This document shows positions 54,205 through 64,000 of a stretch of 64,000 nucleotides of DNA, piece by piece. The stretch covers positions 14,444,364 through 14,508,363 of the forward strand of contig NC_057719.1 in the NCBI RefSeq assembly GCF_004010195.1, given 5' to 3'. The notes beneath the pieces are model-generated. The model worked only from the letters and a program-made list of their open reading frames with translations. It ran no database searches and was not told the DNA's origin. Source of the DNA: Chiloscyllium plagiosum (taxonomy: Eukaryota). Positions within the stretch are counted from its first letter, which is position 1. Each line of letters begins with the position of its first letter. A program made the position numbers and the translations under genes.

Positions 54205-54660
54205 GATGTTTCTCAAAAAGATTTACAAGCATGTTGCCAGAGTTGGAGAGTTTGTGTTATTGGGAGAGGCTGAATAGGCTAGGGCTGTTTTTCCAGAGGC
54301 TGAGGGGTGAACTTATAGAGGTTTATAATATCATGAAGGGCATGGATAAGGTAATTAGTCAAGGTATTTTGCTCAGGTAGGGGAGCCCAAAACTAGAGGG
54401 CATAGGTTTAAGGTGAGAAAGGAAAGGTTTAAAAAGGGACCTAAGGGGCAATCTTTTGACGCAGAGGGTGGTGCGTGTATGGAATAAGCCGCCAGAGGAG
54501 ATGGTGGAGGCTGGTACAATTGCAACATTTAAAAGACATCTGGACGGATATATGAATAGGAAGGGCCAAGTGCTGGCAAATGTGACTGAATTAATTTAGG
54601 ATACTGGTCAGCATTGACGAGTTGGACAGAAACTGTGCTGTACATCTCCATGACTCTTGT
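54205..54660 (+). mobile_element. CR1/HER1 3' fragment
   Basis: gaggctgaggggtgaacttatagagg...gcagagggtggtgcgtgtatggaat. Confidence 0.88.
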
Positions 54661-56176
54661 GATAGCTCTGCAGAGCTGCCATGTTACATCTCCATACCAA
54701 TGAGTGCGTGAAATTAGGGAAATACAGTTGAATGGGGAGAAAGTGAGGTCTGCAGACGCTGGAGCCATGTTACATCTCCATACCAATGAGTGCGTGAAAT
54801 TAGGGAAATACAGTTGAATGCCACAGTATCTTAATCAATAACTGATTTTGCTACTTATTTTAAAAGGGCTTATTTCTTAACGAACTAATTAACTTTAAGT
54901 TTCTTGAAAAACAAGTCTCTTTTGTTCTAGATAATAGTAATGAACAAATTGACCATTCTTGGTGATTAAAAATAATCACTAATTGGAGCTTGATTGCTTG
55001 CACACTCCTCCCATTACGCTAAGTGTTTTCATAGGGTAGTTAAGGGTCAACTTAAAGGTCAATTGCTAAGAGTCTGGACTCAGCTGTAGGGAAAGACTGA
55101 ACAATTGCCTTCCATATAATACATTTATGAACTAAATGAGTTTTTAACAACAATTTGGTCCTCATTACTGAGGGAAGCAGTTTTAACCTAGCTTTATTTT
55201 AATAAATTCCTCCATCTGCCATGCTGAGATGTGAAATCATAGCTCCAGTGCATCTGAGTTACCAGCCCTGTAAAATAAATTCCTACTAAGCTACCATACT
55301 GGAAAAAAATAAACCAAATGGAAAGCAAAACTGATCCCAGCGGCACAAAAGTACTGTAGATGCTGGAAGTTTGAAATAAAAACAGAAAATGCTGAAAATA
55401 CTCCGCAGGTCAGACAGCAGTGTCTGACATCAGACAGAAACAGAGTTAGACACATGCAGGTATCATGGGCTGAATGGCCTCCTTTTACAGGCATAAGCAA
55501 GGCCTGACAGCAGGCTCAGTGATTAGAACTGCTACCTCACAGCAGCCGGTTCGATCCCAGTGTTGGGGGCACTCTGCATGCAGTTTGCACATTCTCTCTG
55601 TATCTGTGGGGATTTTCTCCCACAATCCAAAGAGGTACTGGTTAGGTGGATTAGCTGTGAGAAATGCAGGGTTTTGGGGTGGTTCTGGGTGGGGGTTGCT
55701 CTTCTGCAGGTCAGTGTTGACTCGCTGGGCTGAATGGCCTGCTTCCACACTGTAGAGATTTGAGAAATTCCTGCAATATTCCACCAGATGTGACCAATTA
55801 AAAACAGTGGACTGACTTGCAAGAAAAGAGTGACCCCTTGTGGAAGACATGCCAAATGGGCCAGTGAGGCATGTCTTGTTGTTACAGCCAATGAGGCAGG
55901 TCCAGGCAACTCGGGCAGTGAACACTGTTGTGGTGATGCAGGGCCACATGGGAGGCTATAACTACCGTTAGCTCCTCCTCCTTCCATGGAGCCTTCAGAA
56001 AAGAAAGGACCTTGAGAAACTGAGCAAGTGATTAAGTGATTGAGCAAGTAATGGGATGACAAGAGAAATTTAACATAAACATAAGGAGGCTTCAAATCAT
56101 ACAGGGCATCAGTGAGACCACATCTCAAATATGGTATACAGTTCTAGTCTCACTTAATTAAATGTTGACTAAATAG

Positions 56177-56911
56177 CGTGGATCCCCGGTACGCAAACAC
56201 CAAGTGTCACTACGTACTGAGGTTCTACTTGTCCCCGGTGTTGCGAAGGATGGGCCTGGCCTTGTTGCCGCGGAACGCTCCGAGTAGTTGGACCGTTCCG
56301 TATCACCTGTCCTTCGTGGAGAAGTTTATGAAGAAAAACACCTTTGACCACAAGTCCATTAGGAAGTGGTCAGCACGTAGTGTCCTTGAGACCCTTCGGG
56401 AAAAGGAGAGGGCGGATCCTATCGAGCGGTTCACTGAGCAGACTGTCAAAGCCATTTGGCAGAATGCCTCATCACCAGAACTTTCCAACAAGCACCAAGA
56501 CATGGCTTGGCTGGAGAAGGGCTCTGCCTGTGAGATCCTTTATGCACGCCCGGACTCTCAGCCACACCGCATGCTGCCCTCAAAGCGGCTGCAGGGGGGA
56601 CGAGACTGTCACACACCTCCTTCTAGAATGTGCCTACACAGAGGAAGTCTGGAGAGGAATGCAGTGGTGTCTGTCGAGGTTCGTCCCGAGCAGAGTCTGC
56701 CTGCCTAAAGAAGAACAGGGGGCCCAGGCAGTCATTTGGGCCCTGCTGACGCCTCAGCTAATTATATGGGCATATGATGGAAAAATGTACAGACCTGTAT
56801 AAAAATGATAAGTTTTGATCTCTGTATGTACATGATTACATATGTATGGCATGACCAATTGTACAGACCATCAAATTATTTTATGAATAAAGTATATTTT
56901 TGAAAAAAAAA
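56177..56911 (+). mobile_element. Young Tx1/L1-clade LINE 3' fragment with poly(A)
   Basis: C-terminal zinc knuckle CPQSGCRGDETVTHLLLEC preceded by WQNASSPELSNKHQDMAWL/RRALPVRS; AATAAA at 56886 then an A-tail; CpG-rich; possible aaatag TSD. Confidence 0.85.
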
Positions 56912-56917
56912 TAGGTA

Positions 56918-57128
56918 CAGGTATCCCCCGCTATGCGAATGTTTGCTTTACGCTATTTTGTTTTTACAAAAGACCTACATTAGTACCTGTTTTCACAAAT
57001 CCAGAGAGGATTTTTGCTTTTATGAAAAACGGTGATACTTCTTACCATATAAATTAAGCGTTCCACCATTTTTGGCTTACGATAGGTTTCCTGGGAATGC
57101 TGTACTTTCGGATAGCTGGAGCTACCTG
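56918..57128. mobile_element. pogo/Tigger-like MITE
   Basis: Imperfect 22-bp TIRs CAGGTATCCCCCGCTATGCGAA / TTCGGATAGCTGGAGCTACCTG, flanked by TA on both sides. Confidence 0.8.
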
Positions 57129-59091
57129 TATCTAGAATGAACAGTTGTCTTCTGAAAAAATATTGGACAGACCAGGCTGGTTTCTACTGGAGTTTCAAAA
57201 GATGAGAGGCGATTTGATTGAAACATAAAACATTCTGAATGGTCTTGAATGTGGAAAGGGTCATTCCTCCAATAGGTAAGTCTGAAACTAGTGGACGCTG
57301 TTATAAAAATTAACAGCTGTGCTTTAAGGATAGGAATGAGGGAAGTTTCCATTTCCCTCAGAGAGTTGAGAGATTTTGGAATGCTCTGCCTCAGAGGAGG
57401 TGAATGAATGGTCATTGAATATTTTACCGGCATAGGTAGAAAGATTCCTGATTGGTGAAGGATGAGGGGGTGGGAGGTGGCAAATGAGTATCTGGGCTTC
57501 AAGACACTGAATATATCATCCTTCCTCGGGCAACTGACTGTGTGGAGTTTGCATGGGTTTTCCTCGAGGTGGTCCAATATCCTCCCACAAGCCAAAGATG
57601 TGCAGGTTAGGTGGATTGGCCACACTAAATTGACAATAGCTTCCAGAGATGTGTAAGTTAGGTGCGTTAGCCATAGGAAATGCGGGGTTATGGGAGTTGG
57701 GTCTAGGTGGGATGCTGTTCAGGAGGGTCGGTGTGGTGCAATGGGCTGAATGGCCTGCTTCCACACTGTCAGGATTCTATTATTCTAATATCTATGATCT
57801 TACTGAATGATGGGAGTAGGATGAAAGGGTCAAGTGGCCTTCTGCTGCTCCCAATTTGAATGAAACCATTAGGGAACTAGAGGAGTCCCTATGTAGCACA
57901 GGGCCAGTCTGACTCTGCTAAAATGCCAGCGGCCTGATAGAATGGCCATCCAGAGGTTAATTAATGAAATAAATGAGTAACCTGGCTCCAGGTAGCAAGT
58001 AGCCAAACTGCAGAGTTCCCATCATGAGTGGGAGCTCTCCCTTGTGGCATAAAGAGGTTGGACTTTTCTCCCACATCACCATTTTACCAACTCCTCTGTC
58101 TTCCATCAGCTAATGAAATACCAGCCCACATTTCAGCAAGGTGACATTACTTCAAGATATTTCTGTGTCCAACATTGCAGAGATCCCAGCAGCACTGCAA
58201 AAACACAACCATTTGCCCTTCACATAATTTCTTGTCAATCTTTAAAGAAATAACCTTCTGTTTTTAGAGCAATGTCCACTGTCCATTTCATCTGTTGTAG
58301 TTAGTAAAGACATATGTCACTTTTATTACAGTCGCAGAATGATTTACTCTGCACAAATTGTACTTTGTTGTTATTAGCATCGACTGAGTAGCACAAAATA
58401 TCATCCAGAACAGTCACATTTTGAGTCGAGTTTTGATTCATTTTTGCTCAAAATACTTTTTGATTGGCTTTCCAGCTGTTATTAAAGCCAACTTGTTAAA
58501 AAAATTCAAATCATTGCTGCAATAAATAATACCATATGCTCTCTTTTATGACTTATTTTTTTACAAGAGCTGAAAACAGCCTCAATAAATTTACAGATAA
58601 ACAGACAACATTGCAACCCACAGAAAATTAAAGATTCTTTTCAGGTACAATGGGCTAGAATTTGCTTTCCCCCAAGTTTTGGGTTGGGGGCAGGGGTTAA
58701 TGATTCGCAACCCGCTTCTACTCACTGAAATAGAGATGGACTTATCTCTGTCTACCCACTTCATTGGGCTAATAGTAGCGTTGAACAAAGCAGCTCCTTC
58801 GCTGCCCTGTTGAACTTTACAGTTTCCGCACAGAACGAGGGAGCTTGCCAAAGCTTTTTGGCGCTCTCGCCTTTCAAGCAGTCTGGTCCGATCAAAATAA
58901 AAAGGCTCCTTGCCTCATTAAATTGAGAGATTCTGCACCTGAAGATCGTGGCAAAACGGGAATTCATTTTGAAGCGCTGGAAGGACATCAGGATGGTCGA
59001 GGGAAGGGGGAAGAACAAACAGGAGCACATTCTTTGGGAGGAAAATGCCCTGTGTTTGGTGCCAGTGTCCTGACAACCTGATTTAAGCAGG

Positions 59092-59194
59092 AAATGTAGG
59101 GGTATGGGTGGGTTGCGCTTCGGCGGGGCGGTGTGGACTTGCTGGGCTGAAGGGCCTGTTTCCACACTGTAAGTAATCTAATCTAATCTAAAAA
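59092..59194 (+). mobile_element. 5'-truncated HE1/HER1-type 3' end with 78-bp flanking duplication
   Basis: ggtgtggacttgctgggctgaagggcctgtttccacactgt followed by (TCTAA)n and an A run. Confidence 0.9.
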
Positions 59195-59414
59195 AACAAA
59201 CAGGAGCACATTCTTTGGGAGGAAAATACCCTGTGTTTGGTGCCAGGGTCCTGACAACCTGATTTAAGCAGGTGGATGAAGGCATTCCCACAATCCACTG
59301 TTGCTCATTATACCAATAAAGGTCTCACTCTGCTCAACGAATTACATTGGAATGATCCTGGTATGGAGGGATTGTTTTATGTAGAAAAGCTATATAAGTT
59401 GGAATCCTAATCAC

Positions 59415-59589
59415 AGTCAAAACGTGTGGTGCTGGAAAAGCACAGCCGGTCAGGCAGCATCCGAGGAGCAGGAGTGTCGATGTTTCGAGTGGAAGCTCTT
59501 CATCAGGAATGTGGAGCTAATGAATATGCTTTTCCAGCACCACACGTTTTAACTCTGATCTCCAGCATCTGCAGTCCTCACTTTCTCCT
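59415..59589. mobile_element. Family A element with hammerhead core at 59478-59506 (-), nested in CR1
   Basis: Reverse complement reads CTGATGA a gagc ttcc actc GAAA ca tc gac; terminus ctgcagtcctcactttctcct. Confidence 0.8.
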
Positions 59590-60487
59590 GGGATTCTACT
59601 CACTGCAGTTTAGAAGAATGAGAGGTGATCTCAAAAATATTAAGGATTTTTGAGGGTGAATACTGAAAAGATGTTTCTCCCTCATCGGCAGTAGAGGGCA
59701 CTGACACAGAATAAAGAGTCGCCAATTTAAGACTGAGATGAGGAGCAATTTCTTCTCTCAGAGAGTTGAGAGTCTTTGGAACTCCTTGCCACTGAGAGCA
59801 GTGGAGGAAATGTCCTTGTGTATATTTAAGGCAGAGATAACTTCTTGATCAGGAATGGGGAAAGGACAGGAAAGTGGATGTGTGAAGTGTTGGGTCTGCC
59901 ATGATCCTATTGACTGGTGGGGCAGGGCTCAAGGGGCCAAATGGCCTACTCCTATTCTTATTTTTACGGTATAACTATCATTCAGACAGCAGGTGTCCAT
60001 GGAATACAGGTCTCGCACCTCCCAATCACACACTCTACCTCACCCATAACTATCTAACAATTCATCCGGCCCGCACCTCTTACTTTCAGTCACAGAGTGA
60101 TCACAGGCACAGTACCATCCACCATCTCTAAAACTCTGCCCTCCCTTGCTGGAGAGGATTGACAATCATATCGGAGAGAGGGGAACATTAGCAACTTCAT
60201 TCCCTAAGCCCTTTGAAACAGATTGTGTTCCACATCATGAGGCTGGAGATACCACAGTCCACGTGGAGCAGAATCTATACCAGATGACAGTAAGCGTCAG
60301 TCCGTAGATCTTTCTTTTTAAACTTTTCTACTCACCCTCCATCCTGAATTATACCAGCAAGTTCAAGCTGACGATGTCGCAACCATCAATCTCCTGACTT
60401 GCACCCACTCTCCGTCCTTACTCTACTGCGTCCAGGAACAGAACGTCCCGCGTGACAACCACAACAGAGGCAGGAGGGAGAGGAAGA

Positions 60488-60920
60488 AAGATGTTGCCTG
60501 GATTGGAGAGTATTCTTTATAAGGAATGGTTGGACAAACCTGGATTGTTGCTACTAGAGCATCGGAGGCAGAAGGGTGACCTGAGAGAAAGCTGTATAAT
60601 TATTGGAGACACGGCTAAGATGTACAGTCTTTTTCCCCAGGGTGGAAATATCAAATTGGCTGAAAGTGAGAAAGGGAAAGCTTAAAGGAGATATACGAGG
60701 CAAGGATTTTTCCATAGAGAGTGGTAGGTGCCTGGAACGTGCTGCCACAGTAGACACAATAGTAACATTTAAGGGACACTTAGACAGACATATGACCAGG
60801 CAGGGAAGAGAGGGATACAGACCATGTACAGGCAGATGGGATTACCTTAAAATAGCATCACGGTCAGCACAGAAATGATTGGCCAAAAGGTCTACTCCTG
60901 CGCCGTACTGTTTTATGTTT
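60488..60920 (+). mobile_element. CR1 3' fragment
   Basis: MLPGLESILYKEWLDKPGLLLLEHRRQKGDL. Confidence 0.8.
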
Positions 60921-61521
60921 GAAGAAGAATGACAAGTGCCATTACTTCATTGTACAAACAATGTCACTGGCTCAAATACTTGCACTGTGGGGAGTTCAGA
61001 GACTCACATAGAACACAATGAGTCATGAAGAATGGGTTGCAACCAGGTCAGAGAGAGAAAGGGTAGCTTTTCTGCCAGCACCCTGGGTGCAAAGGAGTTC
61101 TTCTGCAGAACAATCAGACAAAGATTTGGATGGAGCAGCGTAGAAAGGAATGTAAATGAAAATCCATCCTGAGATGTTTGGAGCTTGGACAGGCCTGCTA
61201 CACAGGCAGTATTATTAGAACAGGATCACGCCATTCAGCCCCTTGAGCCTGTTCTACATTCAGTTCGATTATAAGATTCAGGTATGAACTCAGCTAATGT
61301 TAATTTTGGACAAGTCAGATCTCGGAGTTAAATCTAGCTTGTTAAATCCTAACTTAGTTTCATTTTAACCATGGAGATCAGTGACTAAATTCATTCTCAT
61401 GGACCCGATCATTTATAAACATTTTGTTCCTTTTTGTCTTTTAAAAAAAAACAAAGTGAAAATAGCATATTAGGAAATTAGCTGGAAAACATTTCATTAC
61501 TGGCTTTTATAGCAGCAAGCT

Positions 61522-62390
61522 GGTGGTGGTGATGGCCTAGCGGTATTATCACTAGACTATCAATGCAGTGACCCCAGGTAATGATCTGGGAGCCTGGGTT
61601 CAAATCCTGCTATGACCAATAGTAGAATTTGAATTCAATAAACATCTGGAATTAGGAATATAATGATAGCTGGTGATGACTGCCATCTGGTTTACTGATG
61701 TCCTTTAGGAGAGGAATCTGTTGGCCTTCATGTAACTCCAGACCCTCTGGCCGATTAGGGATGACCTCATCAGTGATACCCATAACTTGTGACTGGGTTA
61801 AAAAGACAGACACGAAGACTTGCCACTACCTCTGCATTAAAGTTGCCTTACAAAGACAGGCTAGGACAGCTGCAATCAGCTACCTCACTGCAAAGTTCTG
61901 GTAGTAACTGATGCTTTCTTTTAAAACCCTTTCATCTAGGTGTCTCAGCCCTAAGATATCTGAAACCTAAACTCATTGGGTAGACTCTTGGTCCATACAA
62001 GTCCACATTGACCCTAGTCTCCTCAGGTTTCTTTCATTCATTCAGAGGATGTGGGTGTGGCTGAATAGGCCAGTAGGAATTACACATCCCTAGTTGCCCT
62101 CAAAGAGAGTGCCTTCGTAGCTATTTCTGAGGGTCATTAAGAGGCAATCACATTGCTGTGGGTTTGGGGTCACATGTTAGGTTAGAATAGCTAAGAATGG
62201 GAGATTTGCTTCCCCAACAGATATTAATGAGCCAGATTTTTGTTTAGGACAATGGTTCCACAGTCACCATTAGCTTGTAATACCAGATTTTTAATTGCAG
62301 TTCATTCAAATTTCACCATACACCATGTTGGGATTCTAACCCAGGACCTTAGCCTCAGGTTCTGCATTACTAGACCTGTGACACAATCAC
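61522..62390. mobile_element. Two tRNA-derived SINEs of a third family (~61522-61800 +, ~62035-62390 -)
   Basis: gggttcaaatcc B-box, shared core gaatttgaattcaataaa...ctggaatt, and a tail shared with the 394-1055 LINE. Confidence 0.65.
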
Positions 62391-64000
62391 TTCCTTTAAG
62401 AGCAATACTGGGAAAGAACTGGTGTGCACAGCAAAGAACCCCCAAGCACTGTAGACAATGGAAGCATTGTACCTGAAGGTGACGTAGCTGTCACTATATG
62501 TCAAACGCTACTTCTATGATGGGATAGTACAAAGGTGCCCCTATCCTTGAGCAGCCAGTCTCTCGGTCTTCCTGAATGCCTGGAGATAAACGGTTTGTAG
62601 GATTGACTGACACATACGGCCAAACAAACTAGAAACAGGAGTAGACCATTCAGCCCTTTTAGCCTGTCCTCCACTCAATAAAACCATGACTGATTGGATT
62701 GCAACCATAAATCCATATTCCTGCCCATCCCTCTGACAGGGTTTTCTAGTCAATGGTGAAGGTTAAGACCATAAGGAACAGGAACAGAAGTTGGAAACAC
62801 TTCATCGCAGACATCAGAAAGTGATTCAAACTCACCTTGTTCCTTTTCTCTCAGCAAGATCCTGACAGATCATTGTGCCTGCTCCACCATTCAATAGTGT
62901 CATGGCTGATCGTTTAATAATAATCTACCTCTGCATTAAGGATCCCACTTTAATCACCTTTTCAGGAAAGAGAATTCAAAAAACTCATGGCCTTAAGAAA
63001 CATTTGCTTCTCATCTTGGTTTTAAATGGATAACATCAGATTTCTTAACAATGTTGCCTAGTTAGAAGTTCTCCCATAATAGGTAACATCATCTCCACAT
63101 CTACCATGACAAGACCACTCAGGAACTTGCTTTTCAATCAAGTCACCTCTTAGTCTAAACTACAGCCGATACAAGCCTGGCTTATCCAAAGCACTGATAA
63201 ATTAGCTGTACATTTTAATGTTGTCATATGACCATTGTCACAAATGTGACAATGGCATTGTCCTTTGCAAGTTAAATCACTGATTTCTGTTTAAAATTTG
63301 TAAAAGACTAAGCAGTCAGGAAAGAAATGAACACAAGTACAAAACATCTTTGTCATTCAGCAAGGCATAACGGACCATGAATTATGGTTTGTTACTCATG
63401 CATCACATTCTAGAGCTAACAGTTATGTTCTATAAATAATATATGTTGCATAGCCAAATATTTATATTACAATGGCACTTCATTACAAGGGCTTAACAAT
63501 GCACTTTAAGTTTTGGAAAATGGTTAAATTTGGCTTGAAGTTAATGGATCATTTCTCTATTATTTTTGTGGGCACATTATTTAACTGGGAACAATTGGTT
63601 GAAACAGAATGTTTTTGTCTAAATTAAGCTATTTACTAACATATCATTGGCTCAAATTTATGTCTTGTTTGCAACAAAAGCCAATCAGTAATAAATTTAC
63701 CATTAATGTTTGTGTTCGTTTTTGCTGAAGCATTCTGATGAAAGCAATATCAAACAATGAGAGTTAAAGTTTGTTTAAAAACTTTATACTGAGCTCTCCA
63801 ATTCCTCCTTCCCTAATTCCTCCATTGGAATAAAGAGTACCACACCATGGCTCTCAGACGTTTCTCAAACTGAATCCTCCATGCCAGTGAAACTTGTCTC
63901 TCTCTATGATACACCACAAGTGACTGCTCTTCAACAGAAAGTCCAATCTCTCTGAGCATAACAGCCTCTCAAACATAGTTTGCAAGTTTACTGACTAGAA

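Noticed and set aside
58591..59165. ORFs as the missing upstream EGF exon
   Set aside because: No EGF cysteine spacing; one ORF starts inside a SINE tail.

Overview
Vertebrate genomic DNA, almost certainly a shark/elasmobranch: it is dense in HE1-type V-SINEs, HER1/CR1 LINE fragments, Penelope-like elements (PLEs) and one young Tx1-like LINE. The whole window lies inside one large minus-strand gene, an LTBP-family gene best matching LTBP2. Four phase-compatible internal exons are resolved (44868-44669, 40300-40130, 22507-22316, 20083-19779), encoding the N-terminal linker, the 4-Cys region, an EGF domain and the start of the hybrid domain. I found no flanking exons in the window. Most ORF-track entries are decayed transposon fragments or noise. 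Highlights: (1) an in-frame ATG plus signal-peptide-like 5' extension of the 4-Cys exon, mirroring LTBP1S and suggesting a short LTBP2 isoform; (2) at least five repeat families carrying minimal hammerhead ribozyme cores, mostly in inverted pairs; (3) three very short insertions flanked by 41-78 bp duplications, plus a locally templated insertion. Repeat boundaries are approximate; exon and duplication coordinates were counted by hand.
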